Source: Paramecium tetraurelia
Taxonomy: Eukaryota
Direction: 5' to 3'
DNA length: 64,000 nt
Assembly (NCBI GenBank): GCA_000165425.1
Contig: CT868649.1
Coordinates: forward strand, 248,001-312,000
The notes beneath the pieces were generated by a model. The model was not told the origin of the DNA. It saw only the letters and a program-made list of their open reading frames with translations, and did not search any database. Positions 1 to 12,815 of the stretch are shown here, in pieces. Numbering within the stretch: the first letter of the stretch is position 1; every line of letters starts with the position of its first letter. The position numbers were made by a program, and so were the translations under genes.

Positions 1-96
1 AAGATATTATAGAATAGACTAAATGAATTGTATTTTCTATTTTATAATTATTTGAAATATAAATACTATTAATAAAAAGCTTCATTAAATATGTTT

Positions 97-1797
97 TCAT
101 ATTTCCAGGACTTTCATCTAATTAATATGCCAATCTTTGTTCTAAACTACCATTCCAGTAATAACTACGATGTAATCTTTAGGTTAAAGTAAATTTTTAG
201 CAATCAATCTTGAAATGCACTCCTAAATAATTCTTTAATAATAATAAGTATATAAATTACTCTTCCTAATTTGCAAATCCATTTACTAATTCTGATTACA
301 CATTATTAATGTAATTTAAGCATCTGCAAATCTGTTAGTTATCACTTATTGAAATTATCTTACAAGATGCTCTCAATTTTGATAGTTTCAAAGTAGTTTA
401 TATTCTGCGAGTTAACATCAGAATGGCCTTAGCTTATAAACTTATATTACTGAGTATTTAATACATATAAGCCATTTCAACACATGATTTGGCAATTACT
501 GTTGCAATAGGTTATCCAGTAAAATTTACTTGATATTGATCCCTTTGTTAAGGATGATCAAAAAGTTCTTAAAGTAGTTTTTTCTCTATTTTTCGACAAA
601 TATTATTCAGAGTTTAAACTATCAAAACTGGAAATTTCCCAAAACTAGTTTCTCCTGATAATAGGATTCCGTCTATATATTGTTTAACAATATTAGAAAT
701 ATCTCCCATATCTGCAAACGAGGGTTTAAGTTGAACACTCATAGATTCCAATATATATGTTGATACAAAGACCTTTTATAATCGATAAAAAAAGTACAGG
801 TTTAAATAGTTTTCGACAACATGATATTATTTAAGCTTAATATTTGACTACATCCTCCACTGGTTAAGTCATTGAAATATGAGATCTTGCAATGATACAT
901 CCATCTGCCAAATTAACGATTTCTTCTAATTAGTCTTCCTTTAACATTTCTGCAATTCTTGCAAATATTTAAACATGCGGGTATTTTTATTCTAATCTTT
1001 CTTTGACCTTTAATTAAAACTTAGCTTACTTATATGATATCGAATGCAGTGTTCACCTTTGAGAATGTTATACTATCGAAATTGCATTCACAAGCATAAT
1101 CTATATCTAAGTTATCTTTTTCTGTTAGTGATACTTATTCTAATTGCTCTTCTTCCTTTGAAGTCTTATTCTCTACAAATATAGATATTGGTTTAAAAGA
1201 TTTCAAAGTTCCAGTCTTACAACATTTGCAGATATATATTTTCACTCCACTCAATAAACATATTTAATCTATCCCTATTTTTTCATTTACTCTAAATATT
1301 TTAACTACTCTTACTGGTCGAACATTTAAATATCTATCAGTTCTAGTATTATATGACCATAGTCAATTGCTAATTTATCATTTATATTTAATTTCTCCAG
1401 AAATTCATTTGAATCTATTGGAATTAATTAATTATTTCCTACTTTATGCTAATCTGAAGTCAAGTATACAATATTTCCTTCCTCAAAATTGATTAATTAA
1501 TTACTTCTATCAAAGTTTCAGAATCTTGCAATTATCCTACTCTTATAACCTGTCCCCTTAAAATTAAATTTAATGGTATTTTAGTTTTAAATTCAGATTC
1601 CAATTAGCATCTATTTTAATTCAATATTTATAAACTCTCTTTATTTTTAATATATGCCATATTAATACTAAAATTATTATGCTATTTTTCTACGTAAAAC
1701 CATTGCATCCTGCCTCTACCATGCTCCGCAACAATTCATAATTAGAACAATTTTCGCTTACAGAACAAATAATCCTAGTTCTTTTTGGTTCCTACAT
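97..1797 (-). CDS. Pyruvate kinase-like protein, probably catalytically inactive (multi-exon; start uncertain)
   Basis: Code-6 translation gives KRTRIICSV...MVEAGCNGFTINMAY...LILRGQVIRVG...IFARIAE...LADGCIIARSH...KPVFVSTYILESM...DGILLSGETSFGKFP...DYIVVITG...NQMKVLEI-TGA, colinear with PK motifs. Confidence 0.85.
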
Positions 1798-2048
1798 GAG
1801 AACAGAAATTATAATATTTATTAAATATCTTTAGTTTGTAAAGTTTTGAGTATTAATATTCTAGAGAAGAAAATTGAAATCATAACAGAACCCATAAGAT
1901 TTATTAATATTTCACTATTAGACTCATAATTCACTATTAAATTGACTTGAGGGAATATTACGATAATTTGACTTAAAATAATAATTATAAAATTGATTAT
2001 TTCAATCATTAATACTTCGATAACTTAGTTCTATTTTAATTTTGTGTT

Positions 2049-3723
2049 TCAATTAATCTTGAGCTATTTATAAATCTAAGATTCATACATTTCTTTTTTA
2101 TGAGAATATTGATTAACATACGAGAGTTTTTGGGATAAAATGGGGAACTTTTCTTTTTATTCTATAACTTACGAGGAATTAGTATGTTAAACTATCATAT
2201 AATTATTCTAAGGTTATGAATCCCAATCAATCTTTTATTTTTTCGGTGGAGATTACTGAGCAAACATTTTCTCTATTTCTTAATCAGCCAAAAATTCTTC
2301 TTGATCAAATGATACTTGCTTTTCCTTTGCAATATTCGGTTATGATGCATACAATTTGTTTTTAAACTATCTATCAATATTTTTAAACAATAATTTACTT
2401 TTATTATTGACTACTACTCCTTTAATTATTCGCTAATAATTTTTGACTAAAAGGAATTGATTATTAAACTGGATTTACTTTATTTTATTAAATTTAAGAG
2501 TAACCATAAGATTATTCCTGAATAGACTAAATAATTTTTTATTGAATTTCTTATTATTATTAAAACTATTTAGATAATATTGTAGGGTCATTATGCTATT
2601 GTTAATGATTGGCTTCTGGTAATTTAGGTAATTAAATATTGTGATTTTATCTAGAAGGTTTCTAAACATCAACATATTTAAACCAATAAGATTTGTCATA
2701 TTTCTTAGTGGGATGATTAATAATAATTTTATTTTTAGTTTAATCAGGTTCTGGGTCTTTCGGAAAATAATCTTTATACAAAGGATTACTTTTCTATATT
2801 TTTCTCTCTGCTGAGATCAACCAAAAGTTGTTTCCTAGTTCTGATAAATCAGCTGTTGTTTACTTTTCATTTAGAACTTCAAAAATCGTAACATCTTTCT
2901 TATCATTTGCATTAGATTTCAAATTCTCATTTTTTTGTTAAGAAATAACTGATAGATCTTGAAGATGTAAAGTCTGATTTCCATTTCGGAATTACTCAAT
3001 ATCATTTTCTTTCTCTTTCAAAAGTTTCTCTAATTGTCCAACCTTTTTAAAAAGTTTTTCTAATTTTTCTTCATATATTTTTTCCATAGTTTCAATATGC
3101 TATTACTTATCTAATTAAGATTGTTTCAAAACTTGAATCTCATCTTACATAGTTAAAATTAACTCATCTTTCATTTGAAGAGCAGACTATAAAATAGTTA
3201 TTTTTTCTAATGTTGTAGATTTGCCTGATTTTTATGACTTTTGGAATGAATGAAAAGATTTTTGAAGTTCCTCCTGCTCATTCTAATGATTTTACTCATT
3301 TTGATCCTTCTCTGATTATTTTTAATCTGTGTCTTCATGATGTTCATGTTGATTAATTTAAGTCCCAACAATTTCTTATTCATTAATTAATTCTTTGTTT
3401 TACTCAATTTGTTCATCCTACTTCTATTCTGTACCATCCAATGATTGTCTATCTATTTTTCCAACAGGAGATGTATCAATTTATGAAGTCCTTGTTGGTG
3501 TTGCCACATTAGATACCTCTTTTGGTAGATAAGCTTACTCTTAATTTTCTTCTTATTGTGAGTTCCTCAATTCAATAGAAGGGGCCTAGATTCTTGAATT
3601 ATCTTAATTTGTCTCATTCTGAAAAGACTAGTTTTGTTAAATATCTGTTTTATCATCATTCTCATTTTCCTTTTCGACGTTTAAATCTTCTTTTTATTGT
3701 TCTATTGCGTCTTTTTAACTCAT
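2049..3723 (-). CDS. Hypothetical Q/E/K-rich coiled-coil protein
   Basis: Long code-6 frame starting MSQKDAIEQQKEDL, with a 28-nt GTA..TAG intron at about 2371-2398; 3' end approximate. Confidence 0.6.
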
Positions 3724-3812
3724 ATAACTATAAATTGGAGCAAATCAATAAATTATTTATAATAAAATTTACTTGAATGAATATAAACAAAATAGTAAAA
3801 TATGTTCATCAA

Positions 3813-4349
3813 TCAAGTTTTTATCTTTCTAAAACTACTATAAACCACTTTCTGCTTTTTATCGAAAGTTACTTTTTTTATAGATCTTTACGAACCAAAA
3901 TTTTGAGAGTCTTTCATTTGATTTTTGGGGCTTTAAGGGTTGGACCCATTGTTCATTTTATTTTTCAGTATCGATTTGTGTTTGGAAATATAATTACTTG
4001 AACCCTTTACTTCATTTTTTTGACTATTTCCTTCCTCCTTGGAATTGTTTTACTGCTCTAATTAATCACTCTCTTAACGAAAGAGAAGTTCTTCTTCTAA
4101 TGAATTTTTGACATTCTAGATTGGCATTTCCTATTCAGTAATAGCAAATTCTTTTTCTTAAGATAAAAGTTTTGGTAATGAGATACATAATTCTTTCTCA
4201 ATTGCAACTTCATCTGCTTGAAATTACAAAATCTTGATTGGAGAAGGTTTACAAAGTTTAGGTGGACCTTTTATATAGATTTAAGGCTATTTAGATTTAT
4301 TATTTTCCTATTCTGGAATGTTAATTTACTTCTAACACGTTCCTCCCAT
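3813..4349 (-). CDS. Small intronless protein with N-terminal MGGTC and SILK + RVxF-type motifs (putative PP1-interacting protein)
   Basis: 537-nt uninterrupted code-6 frame: MGGTCQKQ...KHKSILKNK...SQRSIKKVTFDKKQKVVYSSFRKIKT-TGA. Confidence 0.75.
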
Positions 4350-4835
4350 TTTGATATTGATGAAATATTATTTTTGATTCAATATAATTAAAGATTAAAG
4401 TGATTATGACTATCAAATAAGAATAAAGCTATAGATAATTCGAAAATATTAAAGAAGAGAATATTTGTAAAAGCTGTTTAAACTTAATTTTTTTAACAAT
4501 TTTTATTGTAAATTGCAAAATTTGAGTTTTGAGAAACCCTCCAAACTAAAAATAGAAATCTCTAAATTATTTTGTTTTGAACGTAACCTATAATTTTAAA
4601 TAAACCAAAAAATTCACTCTAAATATTTGATGTATTATTGGTTGAAGATACTTTAATAAAATTCTTATTATTAAGAACTAGAATTTTATAAAAACTTTTA
4701 AAATTGAAGGTTTTAGATTTATCTTGGGTTTGTTGAAACGAAGTTTGATAATCATAAAAACGTGAGTTAATTAATAATTTATCTATATAACTAAATTTGA
4801 TATAAATAGTATTATGATTAATAATATCTAAATTG

Positions 4836-6330
4836 TCAAATACAATTAATTCTATAAGCCAATTCTTGATCTGAAAGTATGTCTATTTAAGCAATATCTA
4901 TTAGTTAAAACAAATGTTTATTTGGATATTCATTTTCATACTTTATCATCTCAATAATATATTTTGACATTAGAATAAAACACAATTTTGCATGATTCAT
5001 CTAAGGTGATTGTGTAGTTATTTAAATGATTGCATATTCCAAAAACTTTTGTAATTCATTTAAATCAATTTGATTCAAGGAAGAATTAAGTAGTTATATA
5101 TTTTTTTCAAAGATCATTTACTTCAAAAATTGAAGCTACTGAAGGCAATATTATCCTTTTTCTGTTAAGATAAACTTATCGAATTCCTTAAATAATACAG
5201 ATTGATCAATAAGATTGAGATGACAAAATGCACAACTTTGGAGATATTAAGCTAATTGCTAAGCATATTAATATTATCTTTATTATGCACTTACAAAAAT
5301 GCTAAAATTATAAAGACTTCTTGTTGTATTGATGATGTTTAAGTACAACTTTTAGTTATTTTCAAATTCAATCTCAAGATAGTTTCTTATCATAAGTCTT
5401 TAATATTCAAATAAATTTTGATTGCTTATCAATTAAGATTCGCTCAATTATTAGCCCTTTTCCTCTTCGATATTTTGTATTTATTGCATATAATAATCAT
5501 TTTTACAAAGCAACTCGTGATTATAAATTTCATCCCAATTGATGCGCTCATCCTCATTAACTTAAAGACACTTTTATATTAAATCCTAGAGAAGTGCATT
5601 GTCAATTTTAGGTACTACGATTGGCAATTTGATTTACTCTTGTAATTCTAATACATTCTAGGCTTTAATGGGGGGCTTTTGGAAAATGAGTTCATAAAGA
5701 ATCATCCCAAGAGACCAAATATCACATTTAGAAGAATAAGGCTATCTTAGCACTGTTTATGGTGCCATATACAATGGAGTTCCTGCTACACTATTCATTA
5801 GATCATTTTCAAAGTTGATTCGTTTAGAAAACCCAAAATCTGCAATTTTAATAACGTTCTAATGAATTAAGATATTAGCTGGCTTTAAATCTCTATGGAT
5901 TATAGATTTATTTTACAACTCTCGGTATCTAACAATAATGTTAGACTTTACCCATTTAATATTTGCTACAATATGCTTATTACTAAGTTGTCATCTTATT
6001 TACCTCTTTTAATCAAATCTCTTAAGTCTCCACCATCGCAAAATTCGGATATGATGTATATATTATTTTGTGTTTCGTAATAATCTAAAAATTTCACAAT
6101 ATTAGGATGATTTAAAGTCCTCATAGATTCTACTTCGTTTTTTAAGTGTTTCTCATTCTCCTTAAAATGATCAATTTTATTCAAATTACTTTATTAATCA
6201 TTCTTTTGTCTATCACTTTGACTGCCACTGGTTATCCTTATTAGGTTTTACCTTTGAAAACAGAGCCATAAGCTCCCCTACCAATAAGATGATTCATATT
6301 AAATCTATAATGACCAATCAATTTATCCAT
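4836..6330 (-). CDS. Ser/Thr protein kinase (ULK/CAMK-like ciliate family)
   Basis: IGRGAYGSVFKG, HPNIVKFLDYYET, HRDLKPANILI, KIADFGFSK, AGTPLYMAP, SKCDIWSLG. Confidence 0.9.
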
Positions 6331-6615
6331 TGATATTTAAAAAAATAATATAAAATATTCTCTTTTTTTATTTAGAATTCATGAATACAACTTTACTATC
6401 TCATTCTCTAGTTCAATATAATCTCATTTCTTTTTTAAAGGCTTTTAAACTTATTCATAGTCAAATAAAAATGCCATGCACTTTTTATAAGAGCAACTAA
6501 AAGAGTTTCCATACCCCATTTAGAATTCTCTGAGATTTGTCTGACTTTGAAGGATATGATGTGTAAAGATTTATATCAAAATATTGATATACAAAAATTA
6601 ACTATAAATTATATT

Positions 6616-8850
6616 ATGTAATAGTTTTCAACCCAAATTGAATTTTAGGAAGACTTTGATTTTAAAAATTCTATCTTACTTGGTCAAGGAACATTTGGGA
6701 AGGTTTTCAAGGCTAAGGCTCTTAAATCTTTGCCTCAAGGATATTATGCTTTGAAGATAATTGAAACCTAAAGGTATACGAATTTAGAGCTTAGCGAATA
6801 GGCTTATGAGTTGGCTATTTAAGAATTAAATTTGTATTCAGCAATAACGTATCACTAGAACGTTATTAAGGTTTACAAAGTATATTCTTGGAAAGATGAA
6901 ATGCCGTTTAGGAAATTTGTATTAGTGTTTGCAATGGAATTAGGAATAAATAGTCTTAGATAGGACATCGAGGAGAGAAGGAAAAATCTGAAAGAATATG
7001 GAGGTTCATTAAACTCAATTAAATAATAGACATGTTGATAATAGACATAATGAATTAATGTTTGAGAGCATTTCACTATTTAGCCAAGAATAAGCATTTA
7101 TTCCATAGGGATATAAAGCCAGAAAATATCTTAGTAACAAGTTTATAACCATACACTGTTAAACTAGTTGATTTTGGGGCTGGAAAGGAGAATTTTCATG
7201 GATAAGCAATGTTAAATACTTTGGTAGGGACACCTTTATTTTTGTCACCCAAATTATACGTTGCTTATTCAATGAACTAACCTGGAAAAGTGAAGTATAA
7301 TTTATTCTATTAAAGACATGACTTAGAAAAGAGCGATGTATTTTCTTTGGGTATAACATTCTTGCAAATGATTCTACTACTTCATGATAGGGATTTGTCA
7401 AAGTTGAATGATCCTATCATTTATGACGATAAAACTGGAGATCCAATTGATACAAGTGAATAATTTGCTTTGAGAAAAGACTGTCAAGGGTGGAAAAAAC
7501 TATAGAATCACATAAATATCATTAAGCATCCTTCGATCAAAGCTTGTATCTACGGAATGACAGAATTTAGTGAAAGGAACCGATTCACGTGGTTCTAAGC
7601 TTTAACAACATTAGATCCGGATTTCAAGGATGAGTAAATTAATTAACAAATTTAGTGAGAAACCATAGATCCAGAAACCAATATAGTCTCATGAGTAAAA
7701 ATAATAGGTTATTTAATCCTACTCGAATGAAAATACAACACTCAAATTTCTAGGAACTCTGAATGATGAAAATTATCATGATAAGATCATTTCAGCTGGA
7801 AATCAAATTCTGTCCCATTCAAAGGAAGGTGTAAGACTTATCTCAATTGGAGGTACAGTAGAATGGATTTTTAACCAAAGTACTCATAGTCTATAAATGT
7901 AGATGTTAGCTTTTTATCATATCTTCCTTCCCTTGAGATTTGTGTAGGATTAACAAGTTTCGGGGAAATATTTGGAATAAATCTAAAAAATAAATCATTT
8001 ATTTGTGAAAGGATTATTCATTTTCAACATGATACAATTAGTGTATGAATGCCTTTCAAGCTTTAGGTTATGAAATATATGAGGAAGGACCTCTGTATAT
8101 TGGGAACAAAGTTTGGAGAAATCATGATATTAGCATTTGATACTTAACCTCCTTCTGTAATTAAAAAATACAAAGAACTTGATAGGGCAGTTGTAGATCT
8201 AGTATATGATGATGAAGTCAAATATATAATATCAACACATGACAATTCAGCTATCTTTTGTAAATATTTAGCGTATGAATAAACGTAATTTTGCAATTCT
8301 AATAATATAGTGCTAAATATATTTATGAAACTTAATTGAATAATTTAATCTTGATCTCATCTGAATATTTCGCAGGAACAACAAAAGACTAACCAGAAAT
8401 TCCTATTTTTTAAATTCGAGATGGTAATAAATTAAAATTCACCTTAGGTGTAATAAACTTAGTTTAAATATATTAAATACATAATAAAACAGTCCCTTTA
8501 TCACTAGCGATGTCAGATATTTACCTTGTTTGGGTGAGTTAAAAATTCATAGGGTCAATTTAAGTGGATGGTGATCTTAGCAAATTAAATGAAGAAAAAG
8601 GTAAAGAGTTAATTGTTAATGCCTCAAAGCCAGCTCATTTAATAACAACAGTATAGAATGGAAAAATAATTGCTGCTAGTGATGGAAACAAATTACATTT
8701 ATACTAAATAGGTATTCATAAGTTCATTACTTTAGTCTCTCAAAATTGTGAAATATTTTGATGTAGTCTTAATTAAATTTATAAGGATTGAATAGATTAA
8801 TAATATTTATTACATAAAGTTAAAATTTCACTCTTATCAAAAATTTTAAA
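6616..8850 (+). CDS. Ser/Thr protein kinase with long C-terminal extension (3' end approximate)
   Basis: LGQGTFGKVFKA, YALK, HRDIKPENIL, KLVDFGAG, VGTPLFLSP, KSDVFSLG; several 22-26 nt introns. Confidence 0.8.
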
Positions 8851-9605
8851 TTTGACACAAATGTTGATTTAGCGAGTTCTATCTCTTTTTTAATTAAGGT
8901 TCATCTGAAATTAAGCAGTTTTGGATAATTTAATATGAATTTATTATTACATTATTCCAATTAATAATGGATCCTAATTCTTATTACGCTACCACTTTAA
9001 GTAAATTTCTTAACTTTATCATTTTCCATCTTTCTAGCATCATTTAACTTCAAACTAATTTCCTAATTTTATAAATAATCGAAAGCCATCTTCTAAAATA
9101 GTATAAATTGAATTTTGATCTGAATTATATTGGTTTGAAAAAAATAAATTAATTTCTTATCCTATAGGATAGAATTAATTGTCAGGCTTTTAAACAATTT
9201 CGAATTTAATGTAACCATTCGAATGTACTTATATTAAATTTTTGTCCATACTTATTAATTTTTTTTAAATAAATGTAATCGAAATTATGAACTTATATTT
9301 AGGACTTAGCAATTATTTCAAAAATGGATAATATAAATTTTCTGCATTGTATTTATAAAACCAGATAAACTTTATCATCCAAAATTATTGTGTGTAGTTT
9401 TTAAATCGCTGAAAAAGGAATTTATAATTTCTTAATAGGTAGTGTTGTTTATTAATTAATTAATAAAAGTTTTTTTTATTTGTTATTCAAATAAAATTAA
9501 TGACTTTGAAAATAGAATCTCATTAACTAATTTTTTAATACTTAACCATTTATTTATTTGCATTTATTGTAATCTTAAAATTTAAAAACTAAGAAATACG
9601 ACATC

Positions 9606-11125
9606 ATGAACAGTAACTGGTAGAATGTATTTAATTGGATTCATGTTTCTGGAGCTTTGATAAGTTAAGACAACGAGAATATTTAGATTGATCTTGTACC
9701 CTAACGAAAAGATGTTTCTAATGAATTGCCTATGGAAATCAACCCTTCTGTTGTGATTAAGAAATAACTAAATTACGATGACGAAGTTGGTTGGAGTTGG
9801 CACAAATCATGGAATTTACCTGAAATTGAATATAATATAAATGTACATATGCATTCTTAGGTTTATTAGTGGGTGCCTTGTTAAAGCCAATTGTATTAAG
9901 CAACTTTATTTGCATAAATCTTTGTAGTAAAAGCCTTGGAGAAGCAATGCCACTTTAAAAATTTAGGTATAAAAGGAGAATCAAAAAAATAAATAATAGA
10001 ACAAGAGGCCAACTTCAGATGTTTAAAATTTACAACAACTTCCTATAATAACGAAGTATAAACTCATATAGTAATGTTAGCATAAGAAATTCCATTTAAT
10101 GATTGTTTTGTTTTATTCCCCAGTAAATGGCGAAAAAGTGGTCCTCAGCTCTATAATATCTCCAGAAATTTATGTGGATTCTAGAAAATTTGCTAGATTT
10201 CACAATATCCCTGTTCATTAGCCTTCCTTTACAGAATTATTTCCTTATGACTTACTTTATTCAATAATTACAAAAAGAGACACAAAAAATAGGTCTGTCA
10301 AGATGATTAAAATAGAAAACTCAATTGCGGGATTTATTAATTATTTTACTGCACCAAATATCAGAAATAAAATTAAACATCCGATATTTTTGGCATTAAG
10401 ATTCTCAAGTTTAATTAAATTATTTGTTGATTAATAATTATTTTATTAATAAACTAATATTGTGACATCGATTTAAATTCATTTAAACAATATCATAAAT
10501 AAAGTGGAAAGCCAAAAGAGAATAAAGCTATTAATTTCAACTTAAAGTGAAGATAATATACTCTAAAAAAAAGTAAAAGTCACCATTATTCTAGGCAATG
10601 GAACTAATTTAATAATTAGAAAATGGTTGCTACGAAATTTATACACAATAATGTTACTTACCCAATAATGTTGTCTTAATAGAAGATCAGCAATAGCTTC
10701 TTCTGTAATATGGTGAGCTTTTCTAAAAATCTTTGCAATCGAATTCTAAAAATGAAAATTCTACCCAAATACAAACATAATCCATATCTTAAATTGAGGA
10801 AAATGTAGTTCAAAAGGTGAAGGTTGAGTAATGTCCTAATACACCCAATAATAATCCTGTATAAACATTTAGAGAGATAATTCCAACACCAAAATGTGAA
10901 TTTCAAAATTCAATTAAGAAAGAAGAGAATTCAAAAATTTAGGATTAAATCCAATACAACATTTATTAACAATACAATATTAATTAGTCGCAATTATATT
11001 TATAATCGTATCTCAACCAATCTTATTAAAATTATGTGAAACTTCAAAATTAAAATTATTTAAACTAGTATTATCATCCATATCCATATACTAGTCCGTA
11101 ATATATTGTTTGGAAAAATATTTGA
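9606..11125 (+). CDS. Hypothetical protein with a possible NDT80/PhoG (p53-like) DNA-binding domain
   Basis: WSWHKSWNLP...ANFRCLKFTTTSYNNE[intron]..KFHLMIVLF...SIISPEIYVDSRK...YFTAPNIRNKIKHPIFLALRFS, then a Q/Y-rich tail. Confidence 0.6.
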
Positions 11126-11234
11126 AATATAAAAACTATGTATTGAATTATTAATTAAATATTAATTTAAATGTTGAAGCCTTCAGTGTGGTTTAAAAAT
11201 TTATATGAAAAAAACAAAAATAAAAGCAAATGAA

Positions 11235-12283
11235 TCAATAAATTTCGGCATTTTTGAAACATGAATGTGTATGTTTGACTCTTTTTCTTGAGTCCTTTTT
11301 AACTGGCATTTCACAGTTTTTACAATCGTCACATTTGCATAACTCAGAACATTTGACTCCCATTTAATAGCATTCACAGTATTTTTTTAGACAATTGGAC
11401 TTCTTGCAATTGCATCCCTTAAAATGTCTAGGCTTATGATCAATTTCATCTTCAGAATTACTCTACAATTAAAGATTAATAATACCCTAGAATCAACCTT
11501 TGGTCGAAATGCTTATGGATTCCTTTCCATAATCTATTGGATTATGTTTTCCCTTTCTTTAGTGTGATCATCATTATTATGACAAGAACAGCAATTACAA
11601 TCTTTTCCACAAGGAACTCCAGCAGCAAAACAATCACAATACAATTTTAGACATTTGGATTTCTTACAATTGCAAACTATAATTTTGGGTTTCTGTTCTG
11701 TTAAAGGTTTTCTTCTTTTGGAGCTGGTCCTCTTTCTATTGTTAACTTAATCACTTGTAAATTTGAGAGGTTTCTTGAGGGTGACGAAATTTATGAATTT
11801 TAATTTAGTGGCTCTTTCCAATTTTCTATGAGGGGATTTGGGGGGACTTCTAAATTAGGAGTGAATATCTTAGTCGTCAGATAAAATTTCTTCTTCCTCG
11901 CATAATAGATCATCAGGAACTTTAAGAGAACTAAGAGGCGAGCTGATATTCACGAGTCGTTGTTCAGTCTTGGTATGATCGAAATTTATCTATCTTGCTG
12001 GCGATATTACAAATATATTAGCCTTTTTAGTTGTTTAATGATTTAATGGAGAATAAGGTTGGAATCTAGAATTTATTGAGAAAATAGAGTACTAATTGGG
12101 AGACTTTAAGCAGGGGGTAAACTCTAATTTCTTACATACTTATTCAGGGGACTAGTCTTTTATATATATTTCATCTTGGTTGTGGACGCATTCTGCGTTA
12201 AAAACTGGGGATTTATGAATTTTTTCTAATCTTTAAAACAATTTAGTAAATGGAGTTCCATCCTATATAAATTCTGAGCTCAT
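11235..12283 (-). CDS. Tesmin/TSO1/LIN54-like CRC (CXC) domain protein
   Basis: Two CXC domains, [19 protein letters not shown] and [17 protein letters not shown], joined by an RNP-AFRPKV hinge. Confidence 0.93.
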
Positions 12284-12815
12284 TTGTTATAAGAATTTTC
12301 CCTCTGAATTTAAATTCAAATTTTTATATATAAAATACCAAACAATTATTCCCCGCATTTAGAGTAAAGAATCTAATAGAAAGCACCGCCATTAAAAGAT
12401 AGTTTTGATTTGAATCGCTGAATTTAAATTATTCAAGTTTTTATAAGGACTTAATCATGATTAGTTAAAATAGTTGTTGGATAAAGCCATAATCATTTCC
12501 CGCATTAATTTAGGCAATTGTCGCATTATTAATTTGGTTATAATTTATTTCTAATTAAAATTATCTCAAACATAAATAAAATTTAACAACTTTATTTTCT
12601 TTGATATTTAATATAGTAAAAGTAAGCAGAATCTTATTATTTCCTTACAAATAATTGTTTTAGTGTGAATATCTAGATTCCCTTCATTCTCAATAGAGAA
12701 TAGGGCAATGTTCGAGTGGAATGAACTGGGGAACTCGATTTTTTGATAATATATAGGCTCTGCATTGGTTAGTTATCAAATAAATTTATTTTAAATAATT
12801 TAAATAACCGAAGAT

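Noticed and set aside
1821..2699. ORF-track entries 1821-2009 and 2475-2699, and similar short ORFs elsewhere
   Set aside because: They are wrong-frame or antisense products of standard-code translation; the real genes use other frames under code 6
8860..9300. Possible minus-strand gene starting MDKNLIQ
   Set aside because: Interrupted by TGA codons with no recognisable motif; may be a remnant but cannot be supported
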